A stretch of DNA of 64,000 bases, from NCBI GenBank assembly GCA_965242635.1, contig OZ251471.1, positions 1,227,388-1,291,387 on the forward strand. Direction: 5' to 3'. Each line of letters starts with the position of its first letter. The first letter of the stretch is position 1. The DNA is from Bdellovibrionales bacterium. Its GTDB lineage: Bacteria; Bdellovibrionota; Bdellovibrionia; Bdellovibrionales; UBA1609. This document shows positions 1 through 8,266 of this stretch, in pieces. A program made the position numbers and the translations under genes. The notes below the pieces were generated by a model. The model had not been told where the DNA came from. It worked only from the letters and a program-made list of their open reading frames with translations, and did no database searches.

Positions 1-172
1 TGGGAGATCGGATCAAGAAATCTCCCCAATTATGATTTTGTAGATGAGATATAACTTCTTTTTCAGCTACTCCAGAATCACGACGTGCATCTCCACTTCC
101 ACTCGGTAAGAGCAGTTTATTTTTTTGCAAGTATTTTTGTATTTGTAAAAGTTCTCTCGGCAACACATTCAT
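1..172 (-). CDS. Partial ORF (first ~57 codons, runs off the window edge); candidate cognate restriction endonuclease of the adjacent methyltransferase
   Basis: The reverse strand reads ATGAATGTGTTGCCG... (MNVLPRELLQIQKYLQKNKLLLPSGSGDARRDSGVAEKEVISHLQNHNWGDFLIRSP) with no stop before position 1. Its ATG overlaps the methyltransferase TGA stop (ATGA), which suggests translational coupling. Function is inferred from position only. Confidence 0.35.
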   Translation of the reverse strand, partial: MNVLPRELLQIQKYLQKNKLLLPSGSGDARRDSGVAEKEVISHLQNHNWGDFLIRSP

Positions 173-1446
173 AAATTTAGCTCCAAAGGGGCGTTTGAAA
201 GACTTTGTTGGCTAAAGAGCAAACGACCACCACAGGCAAAACCAAGCTCTGGCCACTTCATTTGATTAAGCCGATCCACCGCCCGATGAATATCCATACC
301 CAAATCTTTTGGAAAAAGGGCCAAAACAGCCCCATCATAAAAAGTGGACTCATGCGTAAAAAAAGGCCTGGGATTCCGGGTCTTGCCATTGACATATATC
401 CTGGGTCCCCCCCTCTCACAATGCCTTCGGCCCCACTCCCACCAGTTGCTTTCATCAAAAACCCTTATGCGCCGATTCATCAGTTGCTTTTTATAAGGAT
501 AAAGTGCTCTCGCCTTTCTATTGTAAATCATCCGCCGGGTTTTACCTGTCACAGCTGTATGCGAACAAACCATATCCGCATTCCCAAGCTTTTCATTGGT
601 GAAAATATAATCCGCCCCACTCACAGCCCCCACCTTCACATCAAATAAATCAGTCACACGCCCACCACCGGGATTGGGCTTTCCAAACCAAAGCTGACCC
701 TGATGGTGGTTAAACCAATGGCCACCTGAAAGCTCACGATTAAAACAACCTTTTTGCCATCGCCATATCGCACAATTGGGTGCGTAACCCTTAAATACCG
801 GTAGATCCCCAAGCTCTTGGTAATAAGTGACAGTCCCTTGACTGTAAAGCTCGTGATTAAGCCTTTTTGCACTGGTGGCTTTTAAAAAATCCCTTGGTGT
901 GATGAATATCAATTCCCCCCCCTCCCGAAGGTGGGCCATGCTCTTGGCAATAAAAAAAAGATACAAATTGCTCCGGCGGTCAAACCACTCCATCGGCAAA
1001 AGCTTTTTTGTTTCCGGCAATATGTCCTGAAACCGAACATAAGGTGGATTTCCAATAATGGTTTCAAATTGATTTTCCAAAGAGTAAGAAAAAAAGTCTC
1101 CCACTAAAATTTTACGCTCCTCATTTATAAGACTTCGATCCAACTCAATGCCCACCGCCCCTTTTAAATGTTTTAAGAAAGCCCCATTGCCACAGGACGG
1201 CTCCAAAACCGCACCCCTGTTTTGACGAAGAGCAAGCATTTTATGCACGATGGCGTCCGGCGTGAACACCTGCCCATAACAGCGAACATCCAAGGCCCTC
1301 TTTTTATGATTTTTGTTAAGTGGAAACTCCATTTGCTGATTGTCTGTTTTACAAAAAGCCTCTTGAAGTGGCAGAAGGGACCGGTTGTTCAGCTCAGGGT
1401 GAACAACATGCAATTGCCGGGGGCCTCGTTCTCTTTGCGACAACAT
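169..1446 (-). CDS. Type II N6-adenine DNA methyltransferase (gamma class, TaqI/Eco57I-like)
   Basis: The motifs appear in gamma-class order: GQVFTPDAIV (FxTP-type motif X), LEPSCGNGAF (AdoMet motif I) and IIGNPPYV (motif IV, NPPY). The long C-terminal region is consistent with a target-recognition domain. Confidence 0.85.
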   Translation of the reverse strand: MLSQRERGPRQLHVVHPELNNRSLLPLQEAFCKTDNQQMEFPLNKNHKKRALDVRCYGQVFTPDAIVHKMLALRQNRGAVLEPSCGNGAFLKHLKGAVGIELDRSLINEERKILVGDFFSYSLENQFETIIGNPPYVRFQDILPETKKLLPMEWFDRRSNLYLFFIAKSMAHLREGGELIFITPRDFLKATSAKRLNHELYSQGTVTYYQELGDLPVFKGYAPNCAIWRWQKGCFNRELSGGHWFNHHQGQLWFGKPNPGGGRVTDLFDVKVGAVSGADYIFTNEKLGNADMVCSHTAVTGKTRRMIYNRKARALYPYKKQLMNRRIRVFDESNWWEWGRRHCERGGPRIYVNGKTRNPRPFFTHESTFYDGAVLALFPKDLGMDIHRAVDRLNQMKWPELGFACGGRLLFSQQSLSNAPLELNL

Positions 1447-1842
1447 GAAAGCTCCTCAATTTAAGATTTTCTCAAAACCAAAAGTTTTTGTCTACCTTTT
1501 AACATGAATTTGTGAGACCTTGGGTCAGAATTAGGCCTAAAAAACCTGATAAAGGCAACTGAGATTTTGCACTGCATTATTTGGAGATTGGTAAATTTTC
1601 TTTAAATCATATACTTGAATATAGCCTTGTTGTATATAAGGTTTTAAAACTATAACATCCTGTGTCATTCAGCTGTTACAAGACCTTCGGCACAGCTATT
1701 CTATTCAACATTTTATAATTGATCCTGATTTCGCTTTTTAGTCAAGCCTAAAGTCTTGAATCGGTCCCATGAAGAGGCAAGTATTCTTGGTATTGCTTAA
1801 GATTTTCTCAAATTCTGGCTTTTTTGTTCCGATAGGTGATAT

Positions 1843-2304
1843 ATGAAAGCAATCCTCCTTATGGCCATTGTCTCTATTTTTTTAACTGGTTGTGTAACTC
1901 CATATCAAAGTTCCGGTTGGCGAGGTGGATATTCTCACCTTCAGTTGGACAGAAATCTCTTTAGAGTGAGTTTTTCAGGCAATGGCTTCACCAGTATGAG
2001 TAGAGCAATAGACTTTAATCTCTTGAGAAGTGCTGAAATAACTCTAAGAATGGGGTATAAATATTTTCAAATAGTAAAGTCTTATTCTGGACATTCATAC
2101 AGTTCTTACAGGACACCTGCAAGAGCACAAACTTCTTTTTATGGAAACTCTGCAAGCACCACAATAACTGGTGGTAACACCTACTACATTTCAAAACCAA
2201 GCACCTCTCATATTATTATATGTTTTAAAAACCGTCCCAAAGCTGGATTTAGTTATAATGCAAGATTGATTTATAGAACCTTAAAATACAGATATGGTCT
2301 ATAA
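1843..2304 (+). CDS. Putative lipoprotein, function unknown
   Basis: N-terminus MKAILLMAIVSIFLTGC carries a lipobox (LTGC). It lies in an A+T-rich region between the R-M and Mrr genes. Confidence 0.6.
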   Translation: MKAILLMAIVSIFLTGCVTPYQSSGWRGGYSHLQLDRNLFRVSFSGNGFTSMSRAIDFNLLRSAEITLRMGYKYFQIVKSYSGHSYSSYRTPARAQTSFYGNSASTTITGGNTYYISKPSTSHIIICFKNRPKAGFSYNARLIYRTLKYRYGL

Positions 2305-2376
2305 TATATAAAATGCTCTTTGTTTTCGATGAAATAAAGTACCTAAAATGGCTCAGGTAGCTCAAGTATCTCTTTT

Positions 2377-3456
2377 TCATAAGGAGGATTTTTTGCTAAT
2401 ATTCTCATATATTTCTTGGACGGAAATTTTATGGATTTCTTCCCCGGTTTCTTTGTTTAGAATAAACACCTCCCCGTACCTCCATTCCGGTCGTTTATAT
2501 TTTTTTTCAAGAAAATACTCTCGATAATTTTGATTAGGGGAATCAAAAAACAGCCATATAAAAAAATGGACAGTCATACAATACAACTCCAATCTGTCGT
2601 TTATATCTTCTTTAGAATCTGTAGTATAACAGTGGCAACAACAATTATTCGCCCCAAAAAAAGCCAAGTGCACCAATTCACAGTCCACTAAATCACCAGA
2701 GGATTTTAGTTTTTCACAAATTTTAGTTATTCTTTGCATTGTATCAAAATGGGGTGACCCTCTATTAAACATTCCTTCTTTTGTTGGAGTGCTTCTATGT
2801 TCTCCCATCAATTTACAGATCAATCTAAAACTCCCTATAAATTGCCCTTGACAGATCATTTCCATCACATCTCTGGTAAGTAAAAGTATAAACTTTTGCT
2901 TTTCTTTAAAAGAGAACGCAGAGGTTTTTATTTGAGAGCATCTGTCCAAAAAAAAACTATTGACTAACCAATCATATATAGAATCAATAATATCAATATA
3001 TTTATTTATAATTTTTAAACCGTGCTGATTGAAATAAAAAAAATCTTTCTGTCGTTTGCTTTCTAATTTTTCTTTTAAAAATTCTTTTGGGATTTTGTTT
3101 TGGATTTTTTCTTGTAAGCAAGGTATAAAATCCTCTGCTTCTTGGTAAGACCTAAAAGGATATTCAGACAATTTGTAACCCTTATGTTCTATATCAAACA
3201 GTTCTTTCTTGTTTAAACCAGCAAATTCCAACAAGCCGAAAGGAGTAAACCTTTGCTGAAAATTTTTTCCATTTTCCAATAATATCTTTTCTACATTCTT
3301 TTGAAAAGAGGTATATGTTTGCTTGGACATTTTGTCCATTACATTTTGATCAAAAAATACACAAGGTGCGTTTTGTGGTTTCATAGGCACTTTATTAACC
3401 TCAATTATCTTCAAAAAATCCATCGTCAACCGTCTTATATTCAAAAACATCTTCAA
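2377..3456 (-). CDS. Hypothetical protein immediately downstream of mrr, probably co-transcribed
   Basis: A long ORF in a very A+T-rich segment with no recognisable motifs apart from a Cys/His cluster (NNCCCHCY). The longest start overlaps the mrr 3' end by 56 nt. An alternative start, MKPQNAP at 3384, lies 17 nt past the mrr stop. Confidence 0.55.
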   Translation of the reverse strand: MKMFLNIRRLTMDFLKIIEVNKVPMKPQNAPCVFFDQNVMDKMSKQTYTSFQKNVEKILLENGKNFQQRFTPFGLLEFAGLNKKELFDIEHKGYKLSEYPFRSYQEAEDFIPCLQEKIQNKIPKEFLKEKLESKRQKDFFYFNQHGLKIINKYIDIIDSIYDWLVNSFFLDRCSQIKTSAFSFKEKQKFILLLTRDVMEMICQGQFIGSFRLICKLMGEHRSTPTKEGMFNRGSPHFDTMQRITKICEKLKSSGDLVDCELVHLAFFGANNCCCHCYTTDSKEDINDRLELYCMTVHFFIWLFFDSPNQNYREYFLEKKYKRPEWRYGEVFILNKETGEEIHKISVQEIYENISKKSSL

Positions 3457-4291
3457 TCTCTACACCCACATCATATTGATATAAAAGTTCAGTAAGTTTT
3501 TTCCCATCTATTAAAATCAAATTGGAACTGACTTGCTTGGAATAATCTCTCGCCTCTTTAGAAAATTGGGATGTTGTTATAAAAATACCTTTTTCAGAGT
3601 TTTTGCCGGAGAGAGCACCTTGAAATTTTTGTATCTCAGGTCTCCCAACACTGGTAGCTGTATATCTTTTAGCCTGTATATAAATTCTGTCACAACCTAA
3701 AGTGTCCTGAAAAATCACTCCATCCACCCCTTCATCACCTGGCCCTCCTGTATGCTGGAGGTTTCTCTCACCCTCTCCATAACCCATTTTTCTTAAAAGT
3801 TTTAAAACAAGCTCTTCGAAGGATCGAGGATGGATTTTTTTCACTTTATTAAGCAATTCATCCAAAATATCATTCTTTAATTTTTCGAAAGTTTCTTTTA
3901 AAACTTCGATGGGAGGTTGATCTGCAACAGAATACCCTGACGGTGCTGTTAATGGCATAGTTGTTGGGTTTTGGAAAGATCGTCTTAAGTCTTCCCAAGT
4001 CAGAGAATTAGGCTTTGTCTCTAAAAAGTGATAACCATGTTGAGTAATAGAACGACGGCCTCGCCCTTTTTTATCTATGAAACCTGCTTTAAATAAGTGA
4101 GTCATGGCCCAAGTGACTTTGTCATAAACCTCAGTCTTTGTGTTATTTGGCACCCGCTTGCTCATTTGTTCTTCGGTAAGATTAAAATGTTTTCTTATAT
4201 CTTCCTCCACTTTTCGGATAGAGGAGACATCACTTGATGCTATGGATTTAAGAACAGGCAAAAAAAACTCTTGTAGCTTTGGTATACCCAT
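3401..4291 (-). CDS. mrr: Mrr-family restriction endonuclease (type IV-like)
   Basis: The N-terminus is an Mrr_N-type winged helix (MGIPKLQEFFLPVLKSI...VTWAMTHLFKAGFIDKKGRGRRSITQHG). The C-terminus is an Mrr_cat PD-(D/E)xK core (FEELVLKLLRKMGY...GGPGDEGVDGVI...IYIQAKRY). I chose the start at MGIPK; the track ORF extends to 4321. Confidence 0.85.
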   Translation of the reverse strand: MGIPKLQEFFLPVLKSIASSDVSSIRKVEEDIRKHFNLTEEQMSKRVPNNTKTEVYDKVTWAMTHLFKAGFIDKKGRGRRSITQHGYHFLETKPNSLTWEDLRRSFQNPTTMPLTAPSGYSVADQPPIEVLKETFEKLKNDILDELLNKVKKIHPRSFEELVLKLLRKMGYGEGERNLQHTGGPGDEGVDGVIFQDTLGCDRIYIQAKRYTATSVGRPEIQKFQGALSGKNSEKGIFITTSQFSKEARDYSKQVSSNLILIDGKKLTELLYQYDVGVEIEDVFEYKTVDDGFFEDN

Positions 4292-4410
4292 TTTAAGCCT
4301 CCTGGGATTGGTAAGGAGCAAAAATTATTTATTCCGGCGAGCGGGCATTATTAAGCACAAAGAGCTTGAGAGGCTTGCAGAGTTATAAAGCTGGCCAGCC
4401 ACCCCAAATA

Positions 4411-4710
4411 TCAAGAGCCGTTTTTCAGCTTGTTGATTTCTTCCTGAGACAAGCCTGTCACTTTGCAGATAAAACTTAAATCTGCCTTTTCCCTCAGCAT
4501 ATTTGAAGCGACTTGTTGCATGCCTTCTGCTTTGCCTTCATCGCGGGCCAAAGCTTGGATAGCCAGCTGATCCCGTTCGTAGCGTTCCTCAGTCCGCCTC
4601 CTCAAGGCCTCCAGATCACGTGCAGACACATTGTCAAACAAGCCCACTGCTTTTGCCATGTCCTCCCCCTTTGCAGATAGTAATCTTGCCTCCTCACGGC
4701 CGACCCGCAT
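4411..4710 (-). pseudogene. C-terminal remnant of an Rpn-family (YhgA-like) recombination-promoting nuclease / putative transposase
   Basis: The tail ...RDEGKAEGMQQVASNMLREKADLSFICKVTGLSQEEINKL matches the characteristic C-terminal helical tail of Rpn/PD-(D/E)xK 'transposase' proteins. No nuclease core is present upstream. Confidence 0.45.
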
Positions 4711-4979
4711 TCTTTATAAAATAACACCACTGGTCACGCAAGTCAAGCAAATTATTGATGTCTTTCTTAAAACGGTTCAGCCCCACCCTCCCTTTTCCTG
4801 AAAGGTGGTGTATTGACAACATCCTGGCCTGCTATCATAGCCCGGAAAGCCTGGCTGTCTGGCGACTGACTTTCCGACCACAATCAAAAAAATGGCTGGT
4901 CAGAGGGCCAGAATCAGCAAAAAAGTCTCTTTTCGAGACAAAAAATTAAAGGTTTTTTGACTTTTTATTTCAAAAAAGC

Positions 4980-5008
4980 TTGCCGGGCTTCTTTTTTTCT
5001 GGTATAAA
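4980..5008 (+). promoter_or_regulatory. Possible sigma70-type promoter for the 5047-5824 cassette
   Basis: TTGCCG (4980-4985), a 17-nt spacer, then TATAAA (5003-5008), about 40 nt upstream of the first ATG. Pattern match only. Confidence 0.25.
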
Positions 5009-5046
5009 ATCTTTAGATTTAATCCACTTTTAATGGTAAAAAGCCT

Positions 5047-5352
5047 ATGGAATCATTTTGGAAAAGCCTTGCGGAAAATATAGTAAGCTGGACTGTTAAA
5101 ATCGCAGATTTAAAGGTATACTGCCCTGTTTGTGAATCACGCTCAGAATATTTTAAGATAAGCAAGCTTATTAAAAAGATTGCAGAAGATTACAATGTAA
5201 AGGATGAGGAGGCAATTCGGCAGGCACGCACATCGGCAGTATTATTTTTTTCAACCTGTGACTTAAGCTTTGAGAAAGCAGAGAGATTTATTGCCAGTCG
5301 AGCTACTGTTTCTTTATCCAAAAAAACCAGTAAAAACCTCAAGGAGGAATAA
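5047..5352 (+). CDS. Hypothetical small protein (first gene of a coupled 3-gene cassette)
   Basis: A 101-codon ORF with one CxxC (CPVCES). Its stop overlaps the next start (TAATG). Confidence 0.5.
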   Translation: MESFWKSLAENIVSWTVKIADLKVYCPVCESRSEYFKISKLIKKIAEDYNVKDEEAIRQARTSAVLFFSTCDLSFEKAERFIASRATVSLSKKTSKNLKEE

Positions 5353-5597
5353 TGAAAAAAAGAGTCGGTATCACTATTGATCCTCAACAGCGAAAAAAAG
5401 AGTGGGAAAGTCTATACCCAAGCTTAAGAAACTGGCAGATTATAGCTACAGGGTTGACTTATGAGCAAGCTCAGGAGCAGGAATTTTGCTATGTCAGGGG
5501 TAAAGGATTTATAGGCAATGGTGGGGATTATGCTCCAGGTTATGTTTGGAGTGTATATACATTTGAATATTCAGAAGTTGCAGAAAGGAGGGCTTAA
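5352..5597 (+). CDS. Small protein, paralogue A (possible degenerate GIY-YIG-like fold)
   Basis: KRVGITIDPQQRKKEW...GLTYEQAQEQE...GYVWSVYTFEY is clearly paralogous to the next ORF. TAATG overlaps occur on both sides. Confidence 0.6.
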   Translation: MKKRVGITIDPQQRKKEWESLYPSLRNWQIIATGLTYEQAQEQEFCYVRGKGFIGNGGDYAPGYVWSVYTFEYSEVAERRA

Positions 5598-5824
5598 TGG
5601 CTGGCAAGCGGGTTGGTATGACTACTGATTTGGCAGAAAGAAAAACATTCTGGCAGAAAAAATATGGAATCAGGTTTTACGGGTGGGATGTTGTGGAATC
5701 AGGATTGACTTATGAACAAGCTCAAAGCTTGGAAAATGAGTACAGAAAACATGGCTTTGAAGGTGATGCCGGTGGCCCCAAAGTTCCTGGTCCTGTTTGG
5801 AGTGTATACATATTTTATTATTAG
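5597..5824 (+). CDS. Small protein, paralogue B (possible degenerate GIY-YIG-like fold)
   Basis: KRVGMTTDLAERKTFW...GLTYEQAQSLE...GPVWSVYIFYY aligns along its whole length with the 5352-5597 product. Confidence 0.6.
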   Translation: MAGKRVGMTTDLAERKTFWQKKYGIRFYGWDVVESGLTYEQAQSLENEYRKHGFEGDAGGPKVPGPVWSVYIFYY

Positions 5825-5840
5825 CCTCTTCATGCTACGG

Positions 5841-8252
5841 TCAGGTGGTGAGGATGTTGAGGATGCGGCCGGGTTTGTAGATCACTTTTTTAATGGTCCT
5901 GCCCTCAAGTGCGTTTTGAATGCTCTTTTTTGCCCTGGCCTTTTGTAAAACAAGAGCCTCCTCCTCTTTGTTGGAGCAGGAAATGGCCCCTTTGGTTTTG
6001 CCGTTCACCTGCACCCCTATTTCCGTTTCCTTCTCCTCAAAATCCTCTTCCTGCTGAAAAGCCGGCCAAGAGGCCAGCGACACAAAACTTTTCCCCCCCA
6101 AGACAGCCCATATCTCTTCGGCCAAGTGAGGGGCAAAAGGCTGAATCAGCTGGCTCAATGTTTTTAACACTTCGTGGTTTTGAATGTTCTTGCGGTAAAG
6201 GGTGTTTACAAAAATCATAAGCTGGCTTATGGCCGTGTTAAAGTTAAATGTTTCAATGTCTTCCGTCACTTTATTTATGGTGTGGTTGAGAAGAGTGTTC
6301 AGCTCTTCTGTCATCTTCCCTTTTTCCGGTCGCACCTGACCCTTGTCATCAAAGCAAAGTCGCCATATTCTCTGAAGAAAGCGCCGGCTCCCCTCAATAC
6401 CCTGTGAGGACCAGGGTTTGTCTTTCTCCACAGGTCCCAAAAAACTGATATGCACCCGAATGGTGTCGGCCCCGTATTGCTCCCTCAGCAAATCAGGATT
6501 AACAACATTGCCACGGGACTTGGACATCTTTTGGCTGTCCTCCCCCAAAATCATGCCCTGATGCTTAAGCTCTTTAAAAGGCTCTTCATGAGACACCATT
6601 TTACAGTCGTATAAAAATTTTTGCCAAAACCGGGCATAAAGCAGATGCCCCACCGTGTGCTCCGGCCCCCCGACATAAAGATCCACCGGCATCCAGTATT
6701 TTTGTTGTTCAAAATCAAAAGGCTCTTTGTCATTATGAGGATCCGTATAACGCAAAAAATACCAGGAAGAGCCGGCATAACCCGGCATGGTGCTGTCTTC
6801 TCTCTGACCCACCGCCCCCGTTTTGGGATCCGTGTATTTTATAAAGCCCTCTTCTCTTGCCAAAGGAGGCTCCCCCTCCTCAGAAGGAGCGTAGTGGACT
6901 GTCTTGGGCAAAGTCACAGGCAGTTCCCCTTCTGCCACAGCTTTCGCCCCCTCCCTGAAATGCACTATGGGAAAAGGCTCCCCCCAGTATCTTTGTCGGG
7001 AAAACACCCAGTCTTTTAATTTATACTGTGTTTCCCTTTGGCCATACCGGGTTTTTTCCAGCTGATGAATGGTTTTTTCAATCGCCTCTTTGTTGCCAAG
7101 GCCGTTTAAAAACGAAGAATTGATATGAGGGCCGTCCCCGGTCCAAGCTGTGTCCTCTCCGTCAGGTTTTTTTATCACCTGTGTAATGGGGAGATGAAAG
7201 GCCTGGGCAAAGGCAAAATCCCTTTCATCATGGGCTGGCACCGCCATAATGGCACCCGTGCCATAGTCCATTAACACATAGTCCGCCACATAAATGGGAA
7301 TACTCTCTTTGGTGAAAGGGTGCAAAACAAAGGCCCCTGTATCCACCCCGGTTTTGCCTGTCCCCTTTTTTCTTTCCACATCAGACATGTGCCGTGCTTT
7401 TTCCTGATAGCTCCTGACAGCCGGTTTTTGTTTGTCCGTTGTAATGGTTTCCACCAAAGGGTGCTCCGGGGAAAGAACCATAAAAGTCACCCCAAAAAGA
7501 GTGTCCGGACGGGTGGTGAACACCTCAATGGACACCTCTGAATGATTTTTCACAGGGAACAAGATTTTTGCCCCTTCGCTTTTTCCGATCCAGTTTTTTT
7601 GTCCCTCTATGGTTCTCTCCGGCCAATTCAAGTGTTTTAGACTTTCAAGGAGTCTCTCTGCGTATTTTGTGATGGCCAGCATCCACTGCCGGACAGGCTT
7701 TTTGACGACAGGGTGTCCCCCTCTCTCACTTTTGCCATCGATAACCTCCTCATTGGCCAAAATGGTCTTAAGGGCCGGACACCAGTTCACAGGCGTTTTT
7801 TTCCGGTAAGCCAGCTGAGCTTTAAAAAACTTGAGAAATAAAAACTGAGTCCACCGGTAATACTTGGGTGAACAGGTGTTGACCTCCCGACTCCAGTCAA
7901 AACTGTAGCCAAAGGATTTGAGTTGAAGGCGAAAATTTTGAATGGCCTGATGGGTTATAACAGAAGGATGAATACCCGTTTGAATGGCGTATTGCTCTGC
8001 CGGCAGGCCAAAAGCGTCCCAACCCATAGGGTGCAGGACATTAAACCCTCTGGCCCTTTTGTAACGGGCTATAATTTCTGTGGGAGTGTAAGAGGCCAAG
8101 TGACCTATGTGCAGGCCAGAACCCGAAGGATAGGGGAACATGCTGAGAGCGTAAAACTTGGGTTTTTTCCAATCTGTTTCCACCTTCCAGCATTGGCTTT
8201 CCTCCCATTTTTTTTGCCACTTTTTTTCCAAAGCCTTGTGATCAAAAGCCAT
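5841..8252 (-). CDS. leuS: Leucine--tRNA ligase
   Basis: The N-terminus FYALSMFPYPSGSGLHIGHL carries the HIGH motif. KMSKS is present (QKMSKSRGN), and the length is about 800 aa. Confidence 0.97.
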   Translation of the reverse strand: MAFDHKALEKKWQKKWEESQCWKVETDWKKPKFYALSMFPYPSGSGLHIGHLASYTPTEIIARYKRARGFNVLHPMGWDAFGLPAEQYAIQTGIHPSVITHQAIQNFRLQLKSFGYSFDWSREVNTCSPKYYRWTQFLFLKFFKAQLAYRKKTPVNWCPALKTILANEEVIDGKSERGGHPVVKKPVRQWMLAITKYAERLLESLKHLNWPERTIEGQKNWIGKSEGAKILFPVKNHSEVSIEVFTTRPDTLFGVTFMVLSPEHPLVETITTDKQKPAVRSYQEKARHMSDVERKKGTGKTGVDTGAFVLHPFTKESIPIYVADYVLMDYGTGAIMAVPAHDERDFAFAQAFHLPITQVIKKPDGEDTAWTGDGPHINSSFLNGLGNKEAIEKTIHQLEKTRYGQRETQYKLKDWVFSRQRYWGEPFPIVHFREGAKAVAEGELPVTLPKTVHYAPSEEGEPPLAREEGFIKYTDPKTGAVGQREDSTMPGYAGSSWYFLRYTDPHNDKEPFDFEQQKYWMPVDLYVGGPEHTVGHLLYARFWQKFLYDCKMVSHEEPFKELKHQGMILGEDSQKMSKSRGNVVNPDLLREQYGADTIRVHISFLGPVEKDKPWSSQGIEGSRRFLQRIWRLCFDDKGQVRPEKGKMTEELNTLLNHTINKVTEDIETFNFNTAISQLMIFVNTLYRKNIQNHEVLKTLSQLIQPFAPHLAEEIWAVLGGKSFVSLASWPAFQQEEDFEEKETEIGVQVNGKTKGAISCSNKEEEALVLQKARAKKSIQNALEGRTIKKVIYKPGRILNILTT

Positions 8253-8266
8253 GTTTCACCTGAATA

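Noticed and set aside
205-648. A 147-codon plus-strand ORF (and 258-458 and 654-872 on the minus strand) inside the methyltransferase gene
   Set aside because: They are antisense or out of frame to a gene with clear MTase motifs. They have low-complexity, Pro-rich composition and no start context.
1447-1842. A+T-rich 400-bp gap between the methyltransferase and lipoprotein genes, inspected for small RNAs, integrase remnants or att-like repeats
   Set aside because: No convincing structure, repeat or ORF was found by eye.
4755-4949. A 64-codon plus-strand ORF between the Rpn remnant and the small-gene cassette
   Set aside because: It has no Shine-Dalgarno sequence and no recognisable motif. 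It lies in what is more plausibly the promoter or intergenic region, so evidence is insufficient.
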